Below, piece by piece: positions 29,969 to 38,711 of a stretch of 64,000 nt of DNA (its first letter is position 1; the number at the start of each line of letters is the position of its first letter). This DNA comes from Dehalococcoidia bacterium (lineage in GTDB: Bacteria; Chloroflexota; Dehalococcoidia; Bin125): assembly GCA_963662615.2 (NCBI GenBank), contig CAXXSR010000001.1, forward strand, positions 128,001 through 192,000. The letters are read 5' to 3'. The translations under genes were made by a program, and so were the position numbers. A model generated the notes under the pieces. It was not told the DNA's origin and searched no databases. It worked only from the letters and a program-made list of their open reading frames with translations.

Positions 29969-30769
29969 ATGATCGCAGACCTGACAGGGAAGAAGGCGCT
30001 GGTCACCGGCGCCGGATCGGGGATTGGCAAAGGCATCGCGGAGGTCTTGGCCGCTCAGGGCGCCTCGGTGGTGGTCGCGGACCTGAACGAGGCTTCCGCC
30101 GAAGCCGTGGCCAGAGGCCTTCCCGATGGCCGCGCGCTGGCGCTCCATCTCGACGTCGGCGATCCCGCATCGGTCGAGGAAGCAGTGGAGCGAATGCGCT
30201 CCGAATGGGGCGCGCTGGATATCCTGGTCAACAACGCGGGCGTCCGCTCCGCGAGCGGCGAGCCGCGGGCGCTGGACCAAGAGGAGGACTGGGACGCCAC
30301 GCTGAACGTGAACCTGCGCGGTACGGTGCGATGCTGCAACGCCGTCGTGCCGCACATGCGCGCTCGTCGCTCCGGCAAGATCATTAATATCGCCTCCATG
30401 GCGGGACATGCCAGCCGCCGCACCGGCGCAGCGTACGGCGTGAGCAAGGCGGCGGTCCTTCGCTACACGAAGGGGCTGGCCGCGGAGCTGGCTACCGACG
30501 ACATCAATGTGAACGCGATCTGTCCAGGAGCGGTCTGGACGCCTTTGCAGGAGACGGGTGAGCGGGCGAGGGCCGGACTCGACGCCGGCGTGCCCAGCGC
30601 CGAAGTCGAGAAAGGCTTCATTGAGCGGTACAAGGCCGTTATCCCGCTGGGACGCGCGCAGACCGTCGAGGACATCGGCAAGGTGGCAGCGTTCCTGGCG
30701 TCGGACGATGCGCGCAACATCACCGGTCAGTGCATCCACGTCGACGGCGGGGCAATTCTGCGCGACTGA
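29969..30769 (+). CDS. SDR family oxidoreductase
   Basis: TGAGSGIG, NNAG, YGVSK, NAICPG. Confidence 0.93.
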   Translation: MIADLTGKKALVTGAGSGIGKGIAEVLAAQGASVVVADLNEASAEAVARGLPDGRALALHLDVGDPASVEEAVERMRSEWGALDILVNNAGVRSASGEPRALDQEEDWDATLNVNLRGTVRCCNAVVPHMRARRSGKIINIASMAGHASRRTGAAYGVSKAAVLRYTKGLAAELATDDINVNAICPGAVWTPLQETGERARAGLDAGVPSAEVEKGFIERYKAVIPLGRAQTVEDIGKVAAFLASDDARNITGQCIHVDGGAILRD

Positions 30770-31097
30770 GCCGCGGCGGCTGGATCAGATCGTGAGCGGA
30801 TGGGTTGGGGCCGGCCGCCTGAAGTCGAACTCCATTGCAGCAATGACCGAGGGAACCGCCGGCGGCGTCGAACAGGCGGACTTAGGGAACGCGCCACTCG
30901 AACGCGCGCGTGGTGTCGAAGAGGGCTCTCGGACAGCAAGCTCAGTTCAAAGCCGGCCTCGTGAGCGGTGCGCAAAAGGCGAATTCGTTGACCGTGTCGC
31001 GTAGACGCGCGTTGGCGACTCTGCAGGTGCTGCACCTGGGCATTGGCGGCGCAACCGACAAGGTCGGGACGCACTGAAGGCCTCTGGACCTCTCTGG

Positions 31098-31736
31098 CTA
31101 TTCGGCCTTCCCCGCGCGCGGGGCCAGGGCGTTCCATACATCCCCCAGGGCGTAGACTTGCTTGAACGTCTGAGAGACTCCCTGCCACATCTCCTCCCGC
31201 GCCCGGTCAGCTCCTCCCTCGTCGCCAGCGGCCAGGGCCAGTTTGAGCTGGGTGGAAATCACCTCCTGCCTTTGTGCGGCTTCGCGCGCAGCTTTGGCCG
31301 CGGACTGGGCCGCGGCGACGAAACGGTCGATCAGGGTGTCCACGGGCGTCTGCGTATCGGTTTCAACATCGTAGGCAGGGGAGGGCCTGAAGCGGGTGGG
31401 GTGGCGGCTGCCATCCTCATTGCGACCGGTGTGGGTTGGCTGGATGTGGGGGGTGACCGACAGGTACATGATCATGGGTTCACTGCCTGGGTTCCGCACC
31501 TGGTGGGGCTCGTCGACCAGGGCGACACACAGTTGCCCCGGACCCAGCTCGGCTTCTTCGCCCGCGATTTTGAAGTGGGCTCTGCCCTGCAGGATCAGGA
31601 AGATCTCGTGACCCAGGTCGTGACTATGCAGGTCGCCCACCTGTCCAGGCTCATAGCGAAAAAACCGGGAGCGAATCTGCGGGGTGACCAAGATATTGCG
31701 GCTGTCGCGCTTTGAGTCGAAGACTTGAATAGGCAT
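31098..31736 (-). CDS. Cupin domain protein
   Basis: HSHDLGHEIFLILQG...PH; helical C-terminal extension. Confidence 0.85.
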   Translation of the reverse strand: MPIQVFDSKRDSRNILVTPQIRSRFFRYEPGQVGDLHSHDLGHEIFLILQGRAHFKIAGEEAELGPGQLCVALVDEPHQVRNPGSEPMIMYLSVTPHIQPTHTGRNEDGSRHPTRFRPSPAYDVETDTQTPVDTLIDRFVAAAQSAAKAAREAAQRQEVISTQLKLALAAGDEGGADRAREEMWQGVSQTFKQVYALGDVWNALAPRAGKAE

Positions 31737-31830
31737 GCTTCTTCTCCCTCTGAGTCGTCCGGCTCGTCCATCTTAGGCCGACGCCAGCGCGGTTCTGAGC
31801 CTGCCCCGGTCCCCCGGAACGTTCGCGTCT

Positions 31831-31926
31831 CGAGATCATGCCGCAAGTCCTGTCCGAGATACAGTTCACCTTGGGAACACGCGGTCGCCAGGCAGGGTGG
31901 GATCCAGCCTGTCCCACATAGAGTCC
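31831..31926. repeat. Two degenerate palindrome-family copies
   Basis: Right arms CTGTCCGAGATACAGTTC (31850-31867) and CTGTCCCACATAGAGTCC (31909-31926). Confidence 0.65.
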
Positions 31927-32137
31927 TTGCGCCTCAGATGCGAAGACCGCGGGGAGCACCAGGCTCCTTTTGCTCCCTAGCCGCACGACACCGCTCTGTG
32001 GCCACGACAGACTACCGCGGGCCCGAGGCTTCCCCTGCCACCTTTCAGTCTGATCACGTTGTTCGATCGCCTGGGTAGACGGGCGGGCCTGAAGCACACG
32101 CTTGCGCATCGCTTCCGGCCTCGACGATTGACACCGG

Positions 32138-33124
32138 CTACGCTGGCTCGCTGTCAGCAGGTGGCACGACGTCGATGACGACGATCCCGGTTTTCTGCTG
32201 CGTCTCCACGTAGCGGTAGGCATCGACGATCGCCTCAAGGGGATACGTTCGATCGATGACCGCGCGAAGGTCGCCCGCCTCCATGCGGTCCTTGAGGAAC
32301 TGGACGAACTCCGTTCCGGCCTGTACTGGGAGCGGGATGATCACCCGCTTGCTCCGGGTGATCGAGAACCAGAGCATCAGGAGGGGGTTCTGCCAGAACG
32401 GCCCTAGGTCGGTCGTGGCGAAGAGCCCCTGAGGCTTCAGCAATCGCCGACAGCGGAAGAACGTGGTCTTGCCCACGGCGTCCAGGGCACAGTCGAAGTG
32501 GTCACCGATCTGGGTGAAGTCCTCCGCAGTGAAGTCGACGACGCGATCGGCGCCGAGGGAGGTAACGAGGTCGAGCTGTCGTGTCCCGACGACCGCCGTC
32601 ACGTCGGCACCGAGGGACTTCGCGAGTTGGACCGCCGCCGTGCCGATGGCGCCGGACGCGCCGTAGATGAGGATCCTGTGGCCGGGCTGGAGGCCGAGCC
32701 TTTGGAGGCAGCTATGTGCGTACCACGCGCCCTCGCATAGCACGGCCTCATCGAAGTGGGCGCCCGCCGGCATGGCCGCGATCGCTCCGTCATCGGGCAC
32801 GCAGAGGTACTCCGCATGCGCTCCGAACTCATCGGGTGACATGCCGAACACGCGCTGGCCTGGGTGGAAGGCTGTGACACCCGCGCCGACCACCTCGACG
32901 ACGCCAGCGAACTCCATGCCGAGGATCGTGCGCTTCGGCCGGAGCAGGCCGATCATGGCGCGGACAAAGAAGGGGTGGGCGCGGCGCATACCGCAATCGG
33001 TGCGGTTGACCGTCGTCGCATAGACTTTGACCAAGACCTCGCGCGCCTGCGGCACAGGCTTCGGCACGTCGCGGATCTCAACGACGTCTGGCGGTCCGTA
33101 GCGTGTATTGACAGCCGCTCTCAT
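32138..33124 (-). CDS. NAD(P)-dependent MDR-family (quinone oxidoreductase-like) dehydrogenase
   Basis: YGPPDV, TVNRTD, GMEFAG, IYGASGAIG, VIDRTYPL. Confidence 0.9.
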   Translation of the reverse strand: MRAAVNTRYGPPDVVEIRDVPKPVPQAREVLVKVYATTVNRTDCGMRRAHPFFVRAMIGLLRPKRTILGMEFAGVVEVVGAGVTAFHPGQRVFGMSPDEFGAHAEYLCVPDDGAIAAMPAGAHFDEAVLCEGAWYAHSCLQRLGLQPGHRILIYGASGAIGTAAVQLAKSLGADVTAVVGTRQLDLVTSLGADRVVDFTAEDFTQIGDHFDCALDAVGKTTFFRCRRLLKPQGLFATTDLGPFWQNPLLMLWFSITRSKRVIIPLPVQAGTEFVQFLKDRMEAGDLRAVIDRTYPLEAIVDAYRYVETQQKTGIVVIDVVPPADSEPA

Positions 33125-33322
33125 GGACTCTTCCCTCCGCGACCGCGGTTTCGCGTGGCTCGGCGGTTAGGCCGCGATTCTAAGAGCACAGGTCTAATCC
33201 CCTCAAGACGACCACTGGACAGAGGGCCCACGCGGGTGTTCCTCGCCTCCCGCGGGCCGCGGCGGCCGATGAGAGGCAGGGGAGCTATGAGCCATGAGGA
33301 GTTGTGAGGTCGACCCGTAAGT

Positions 33323-33448
33323 CGGACTCATGTCGGAAAGACCTGTCGGAGATAAGAATCGATTCTCGTCTCGTGTTCAATCTCGGGAAACGGACTGTGG
33401 AGCGCAGCGCGAACTCTACGTCGGGTACATCTGTCCAACACAGAGCCC
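33323..33448. repeat. Two palindrome-family copies at the 3' boundary of the methyltransferase operon
   Basis: CGGACTCATGTCGGAAAG-AC-CTGTCGGAGATAAGAATCG (33323-33361); GAACTCTACGTCGGGTAC-AT-CTGTCCAACACAGAGCCC (33411-33448). Confidence 0.75.
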
Positions 33449-33474
33449 CGTACGAGGGCGGGAGCCGGTTGCCG

Positions 33475-35091
33475 TCAGGCGGTGACCATGCGCTTAAACT
33501 GGCAGCCTTCAACGAACAGTTCGAAGAAGTCGGGGGTGGTCTCCAGCTCCACGTGCTCCACCCCCTTGGCCAGGTCCTCGATCCGGCTGCGCATGTCGCC
33601 GGATACGAGTATGATGGTGGCTCCCTCCAGGGCGGCGTTGGCGACCTTGACGATACGGTCCGAGGGGACGTTCGCGATGAAGCCGATGTCTACCGCATTG
33701 CTCGCGTTGATGTAGTTGGCGAACCCCCCGGCCAGGTACAGCCTTCCGATCTCATCGAGGGCGACTCCGTAGCGGCGGAGGACGATGGCCTGGCCGCAGT
33801 AATTCGCCGACTTGGCCTGGGCCAGAGCGGAGACGTCCGCCCTGGACAGGGTCATGCCTTGTTCGGGGGCGAACGTGAACTCCCTCTTCCCGCCCGGGAA
33901 GACGCCCAGTTCGGTCATCTCTCCGGTGCGGCGTAGCTCTGCCAGCAGGTCAACGAGGCCGGAGCCGCAGATGCCCTCCGGTACGCCGCCGCCTATCGTC
34001 TCCAACCGGACCGTCCCGTCCTCAATTCTGACCGCCTCCACGGCACCGTCGTAGCCGGGCATGGCGTAGGTGACCTGGCCGCCCTCGAACGCGGGGCCGG
34101 CGGGGCAGGAGGCGGCCATGAGCCGGTGCCGGTTGCCAACGACCACCTCGGTGTTTGTCCCGACGTCGATCAGCATGACGACGTCTTCCTGCTCGTCCAT
34201 GCCGATAGCGAGCAGGTCCGCTGCGACGTCCGAACCGACGTGACTTCCGATGAGAGGCCCGGTGAAGACCGCAGCAGCGGGGAAAATCCGGAGCCCCAGC
34301 TCGAGGGCGGTGGTGGTGATGGATGTGGTTTCCCGCGCGCCTCGCTCATACTCCAGCTCCACCGTCGACTTATATGGCTTTTCGCCTATTGGCTGCACGT
34401 CCAGGCCGAACAACAGGTCACGCATGGTGGCGTTGCCCACGAACACTGCCTCGTAGATGCGGCGGCGGGCGGTGCCCACCCGCCTGCACATGTCGCCGAT
34501 CTCGAAGTTGACGGCGGACAGCATCACACTCTGCAGCTCGCCCCGGTGGGGCCCTCCGTCGTAGGAGATGCGGTGCATGACGTCGCTGCCCCCGAAGCGC
34601 TGGGGGTTCTCGAAGGAGGACGTGTATGCCACCTCTCCGGACTGCAGGTCCACCAGGTTCATCACGACCGAGGTGGTCCCTACGTCGACGGCTAGGCCGT
34701 AGATCTCGCCGCGGTAGTCGTCCAGCCTGTTGCCGCGGTGGACGACGGCGTCCCCGTCGCGCCGTGTCAGGGGATCGAGTTGGACCTCCCGCCTGACCGT
34801 GCGTGTGAGGATGCGCGGCTGGCGGCGTAAAACCGCGAATTCCACCTCCGCCGAAGAGTCAACAACCGCCGCTTGGCAGGCCAACCGATAGTTGCCTCGA
34901 AGGAAGGCTTCAGCTTCGCTAGGAGGGGACAGGGCCTCGGCTCCCCGGCGCACCTCAACGATGCACTCGTGGCACTCGCCCGTGCGCCCGCAGGAAGTGG
35001 GCACGCGCACGCTGAGGTCGTCGGCATAGTCGAACAGGGCCTTGCCGGGGGTGAGCTCGAGCCGCCGCGCGCCGTGTATCAGCGGGCTCAC
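33475..35091 (-). CDS. ATP-dependent corrinoid reductive activase (RACo/RamA-like, 2Fe-2S + ASKHA/DUF4445)
   Basis: CGRTGECHEC...RLACQ ferredoxin; DVGTT, NPQRFGGSDVMHRI, DVGTNTE, GPAFEG, GICGSG, LAGGF. Confidence 0.92.
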   Translation of the reverse strand: MSPLIHGARRLELTPGKALFDYADDLSVRVPTSCGRTGECHECIVEVRRGAEALSPPSEAEAFLRGNYRLACQAAVVDSSAEVEFAVLRRQPRILTRTVRREVQLDPLTRRDGDAVVHRGNRLDDYRGEIYGLAVDVGTTSVVMNLVDLQSGEVAYTSSFENPQRFGGSDVMHRISYDGGPHRGELQSVMLSAVNFEIGDMCRRVGTARRRIYEAVFVGNATMRDLLFGLDVQPIGEKPYKSTVELEYERGARETTSITTTALELGLRIFPAAAVFTGPLIGSHVGSDVAADLLAIGMDEQEDVVMLIDVGTNTEVVVGNRHRLMAASCPAGPAFEGGQVTYAMPGYDGAVEAVRIEDGTVRLETIGGGVPEGICGSGLVDLLAELRRTGEMTELGVFPGGKREFTFAPEQGMTLSRADVSALAQAKSANYCGQAIVLRRYGVALDEIGRLYLAGGFANYINASNAVDIGFIANVPSDRIVKVANAALEGATIILVSGDMRSRIEDLAKGVEHVELETTPDFFELFVEGCQFKRMVTA

Positions 35092-35100
35092 GTGGTGAAG

Positions 35101-35367
35101 CTACGCCTCCCAGGCGTCTTGGTAGGTGAGGTCGTCGCTGCCGGTGCAGAGGGCGGGCTTGTCGGGACCGTCAACGAAGCTCTGGTTGCGGCAGCTGAAG
35201 CGTGCGGTGCAGCGGTCGTGCACGTCCTTGTACGGGCAGCGCCATTTCGACACCGCGACGGCGGAGGCGGACATGTCCCGGTAGATCCCTTCCAGGCGGG
35301 CGATGCTGGCGCGGTAGCGCGCCCTGTCGAAGCCGTGGTTTGTGCCCACATTTCCACCTGGGTCCAT
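35101..35367 (-). CDS. Small 4-Cys hypothetical protein
   Basis: RCPYK-x5-C-x5-C-x14-C; co-oriented, ends 9 nt before the activase start; alternative GTG start at 35349. Confidence 0.7.
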   Translation of the reverse strand: MDPGGNVGTNHGFDRARYRASIARLEGIYRDMSASAVAVSKWRCPYKDVHDRCTARFSCRNQSFVDGPDKPALCTGSDDLTYQDAWEA

Positions 35368-35507
35368 TATTCTTGGGCCGGGCGATGGGTGTCAACGCGG
35401 CGGGCGAGCAGCCCGGACTCCTCAATGATCACGGCCGCTCACTCTTCCTGCCGGTACGCCATCACGCGCACCCCGTGCACGCCCTCGATCTCCAGAAGCA
35501 GCTGGGT
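35367..35507 (-). pseudogene. C-terminal relic of methylenetetrahydrofolate reductase (MetF-like)
   Basis: Manual translation QLLLEIEGVHGVRVMAYRQEE*AAVIIEESGLLARR...*; its TAA overlaps the next ATG (TAATG). Confidence 0.7.
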
Positions 35508-35512
35508 GGGCG

Positions 35513-36250
35513 TTACTCCTCTGTCGCTTCGACCAGGGACTTGGCCAAGTCGACGCAGGAGATGGCGTCCTCCCCGTAGCCGTCGGCGCCCATGTCCTCC
35601 GCGAACTCCTGCGTCACCGGGGCCCCGCCCACGATCATCTTGAACTCTTCGCGGACTCCGTTGTCTTCGAAGAACTCAATGGTGCGGCCCATGTTGGGCA
35701 TGGTGGTTGTGAGGAGAGCGGACATGCCGACCACTTGCGCCTCGTGCTCAACGGCGGCGTCCATGAACTCCTGCGGTTTGGCGTCGACGCCCAGGTCTTG
35801 CACGACGAAGCCCGCACCCCGGAGCATCATGATGCAAAGGTTCTTGCCAATGTCGTGCAGGTCGCCCTTGACGGTGCCCATGATTATGGTGCCCGTCGGC
35901 TTCACTCCAGAGGCGGAAAGGATAGGCTCGAGGTGGACCATGCCTGCCTTCATGGCCCGGGCTGCGACCAGCACCTCGGGGACGAAGATGATGTTGTCGC
36001 GGAACTTGATGCCCACGATGGCCATACCCGCAATGAGGCCGTCGTCCAGCACGTCGTTGGCGGCGTACTCGTCTGCCAGCGCCTGGGCGACCAGCCGGTC
36101 CACGTCGTGCTGGTTGCCGTAGATCAGGTTGAAGGCGATCTCCTGCATGAGCATGTCGCCCGACGCGAACAGCCCCTCGATGTGCTTTTGCTCGGAGGGC
36201 TTGGCGATGTACTGCAGCTCGCCCGTCAAGCCCTCATGCACTATGGCCAT
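35513..36250 (-). CDS. Corrinoid (B12-binding) methyl-carrier protein, MtaC/MetH cap+Cob-like
   Basis: IFVPEVLVAARAM cap; GTVKGDLHDIGKNL; MSALLTTT; VGGAP. Confidence 0.95.
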   Translation of the reverse strand: MAIVHEGLTGELQYIAKPSEQKHIEGLFASGDMLMQEIAFNLIYGNQHDVDRLVAQALADEYAANDVLDDGLIAGMAIVGIKFRDNIIFVPEVLVAARAMKAGMVHLEPILSASGVKPTGTIIMGTVKGDLHDIGKNLCIMMLRGAGFVVQDLGVDAKPQEFMDAAVEHEAQVVGMSALLTTTMPNMGRTIEFFEDNGVREEFKMIVGGAPVTQEFAEDMGADGYGEDAISCVDLAKSLVEATEE

Positions 36251-36359
36251 GTGTCGGTTCCCCGTGTTTGCCGCATCGCCACGCCCGAACGGGCGCTAAG
36301 TAACGGCCGCGCCCGAACGGGCGCCATGTACCAATTCTGGGAAGGGCGGCTCGCCCGTG

Positions 36360-37433
36360 TCAACGGGCAGCGTCAGCCCCGTCCTTCCGGGGCGCCTGTA
36401 GCCGTCCCTCCTTGTAGGCGGCGATGAACTTCATACAGAAATCGTCTCGCCCCTCAAGCATGTCCCGGGCCAGCCCGTGGCGATCGTCCTCGAGGTCCAG
36501 GTCCAGCACCCTGTCGATCTTGCTCTGCACGGGATCGAGGATGCCGCTGTCCGCGCCGGCCTCGATCGACAGGCGGATAAAAGTGTCGTTGATCAGCTTC
36601 CGCATGGGGAGGCCGAAGGAAACGTTGCTGAGGCCACCGGCCACGTGCAGCTCGGCGCCGTACCGTCGCCTCAGCTCCGCCACGGCGTCGAAGTAGTGAC
36701 GGCCGAAGGCCCCGTCCACGGAGATGGGGAAGACCAGCGCATCGACGTAGAGGTCGCCCAGCGGAATCCCCCGCTCGACGGCTCGGTCGATGAGGGCGCT
36801 CGCGTTCGTCACCCGCTCCTCGTCGTCCGAGGGCATGCCCGACTCGCCGGCGGCGGTCACGATGGCCACGCCGTTGCACGCCCCCACCAAGTCGAACACC
36901 TCTGGCCTTTCCAGCGCGACCGAGTTGACCATGGGCCGGCCCAGCGTCGAATCGTACTCCTCGATGCCCGCCTCGATGATCTCCGAGTTGGATGAGTCGA
37001 TGCTGAGCGGGACGGTTGAGATCTCCTGGACCGTCCGCACCAGCCAGCGCATGCAGCTCTTTTGCACATCGAGCTTGTAGGACACTTCGTCCACGTTCAG
37101 GTCCAGGAAGGCCGCCCCGGCGCTGATCTGCCTGACGGCCTCGGCCTGCACGTAGGCCCGGCCCTCCGCCTGGGCCGTCTCGTCGTCGCCGATTCCGCCG
37201 CGGACCGCGATCATGAAGTGCTTGACCTGGCCCTGCTCGTAGGGCTGGGTCTTCTTGTACCAGTCCGGCACCCGCATGGTGGCAGTCTTGCCGCCGGCGT
37301 CCGTGTAGGTCACCACCTCGGTGCCGTCGTCCAGGGTGCGGTGCCGCCTGCCGTCCCGCAGCACGCTGCGGGTTGTGTGGATGTTCTCCCCCACGATCAC
37401 GAAATCCTTGGGGTTGGTGACCACGGCAGTCAT
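36360..37433 (-). CDS. Methyltetrahydrofolate:corrinoid methyltransferase (pterin-binding, AcsE/MetH folate-domain-like)
   Basis: IVGENIH, GAAFLDLN, PLSIDSS, MVNS, GLSNVSFGLP, ILDP. Confidence 0.9.
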   Translation of the reverse strand: MTAVVTNPKDFVIVGENIHTTRSVLRDGRRHRTLDDGTEVVTYTDAGGKTATMRVPDWYKKTQPYEQGQVKHFMIAVRGGIGDDETAQAEGRAYVQAEAVRQISAGAAFLDLNVDEVSYKLDVQKSCMRWLVRTVQEISTVPLSIDSSNSEIIEAGIEEYDSTLGRPMVNSVALERPEVFDLVGACNGVAIVTAAGESGMPSDDEERVTNASALIDRAVERGIPLGDLYVDALVFPISVDGAFGRHYFDAVAELRRRYGAELHVAGGLSNVSFGLPMRKLINDTFIRLSIEAGADSGILDPVQSKIDRVLDLDLEDDRHGLARDMLEGRDDFCMKFIAAYKEGRLQAPRKDGADAAR

Positions 37434-37542
37434 GCGGCGCGCTCCGGGCAAGCATTCAGGTTCGGCTCGCGGGACGTGATGGTCTTGGTCATCAGCCCGG
37501 GCCCGGGCGGTCCACGTCTCCCATGACGGCCCGCAGCCGGGC

Positions 37543-38589
37543 TCAAGAGCCCCGCTCTCCCTGCCCGGAGTGCTCGGCGGTCCAGTCGCGCACGGCCCGC
37601 GGGATCTCGAGCAGGTTCTCGAGGGGGGTGGCGAGCGGGATCGCGCACTCCGGGGCGATCATCTGCACCCCGGCGTCCAGGCACCGGTACACCTCTTTTC
37701 GCACCTCCTCAGGGCCCTTAGCGTACAGGGTGACCGGGTTGTTGATGTTGCCGACCAGGCCGATTCTTCCTCCCGCCACCTCCACTGCCTCGACCGGGTC
37801 GTTCTTGGAGTCGAAGTGGAATGCGGCCATGCCCGAGTGGGCGATGTGGTCCAGCCGGTCCACGGTGTAGCCGCAGATGTGCAAGATGAGCGGGACCGGC
37901 AGGCGCTCCACCATCTCCTGGTGGATGTCCAGCAGGAAGCGGCGGTAGTACTCGCCGGAGACGAGGTCGCCCGTGGCATGGTCCGGGAACGTGAGCGCGT
38001 CGGCGCCGGCGGCGATCTGGGCCTCACCGAACAGGACCGATATCTCCTTCAGCCGATGCAGCGCGTCCAGCGTCATTTCCGGGTCGTCAATGGTCATGAG
38101 GAGGAACCGTTCCACGCCAAAGACGTGGTAGGCCAGCGTCCACGGACCCATGGTCTTGCCCAGGATCGCCACCGTGTCCCCGAACTCCGACCGCAGCATC
38201 TCGATGGACCGGATGATCGTCGTCGTGTCCTGGTGCTCCAGGAAGCCTGGCGGAATGCGGACGTCCTCCGGGCCCTGCCAAATGGGCTTGCTCATCCGAA
38301 CGGTGGGCCAGTTGTCCTTCTGCTCCCACTGGATCTCGCAGCCCAACGCTGACGACTCCTGGATGATGGTGAAGTAGGGCATGATGGCGTCGAAGCCCAG
38401 CTCGGTGTGGCCGGTCGCGGCTAAGCGCGCGTTCATCTCCGGGTCCCGATTGGCGTCTGGGAAGGGCGCGTTGACCAAATCCATCAGCTCCACGGTGGCC
38501 ACGTTGGTGGGGTTGCACACCGGCGTCCTGTCCACCGGCTCTCCGGCCAGGGCGGCGAGCACCCGCTCGCGGGATGTCATGGTCTCCAT
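37543..38589 (-). CDS. MtaA/CmuA-family methyltransferase (URO-D fold, Zn); start uncertain between 38580 and 38640
   Basis: MTSRERVLAAL, GPWTLA, LHICG and APEC Zn ligands, VGNIN. Confidence 0.9.
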   Translation of the reverse strand: METMTSRERVLAALAGEPVDRTPVCNPTNVATVELMDLVNAPFPDANRDPEMNARLAATGHTELGFDAIMPYFTIIQESSALGCEIQWEQKDNWPTVRMSKPIWQGPEDVRIPPGFLEHQDTTTIIRSIEMLRSEFGDTVAILGKTMGPWTLAYHVFGVERFLLMTIDDPEMTLDALHRLKEISVLFGEAQIAAGADALTFPDHATGDLVSGEYYRRFLLDIHQEMVERLPVPLILHICGYTVDRLDHIAHSGMAAFHFDSKNDPVEAVEVAGGRIGLVGNINNPVTLYAKGPEEVRKEVYRCLDAGVQMIAPECAIPLATPLENLLEIPRAVRDWTAEHSGQGERGS

Positions 38590-38711
38590 GGCCCCCATGC
38601 CTCGACTCTCACGCGCTTTCATGGTCTTTGTATCGGCCATCGTCTCGGGTTCTTTCAGAGCTCGGTCATCAACCAATGTCGTCTGCTTCAGGACTGTAGG
38701 TCCCGGGCACT

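Noticed and set aside
667-33448. Palindromes as a CRISPR array, terminators, classical attC sites or Nextera adapter remnants
   Set aside because: Spacing is irregular (tens of bp to kb) and there are no cas genes. There are no U-tracts and no RYYYAAC/GTTRRRY boxes. The arm differs from CTGTCTCTTATACACATCT and the copies are diverged.
35439-35441. In-frame TGA as selenocysteine
   Set aside because: Lies in a start-less fragment at a non-Cys position; a nonsense mutation is simpler.
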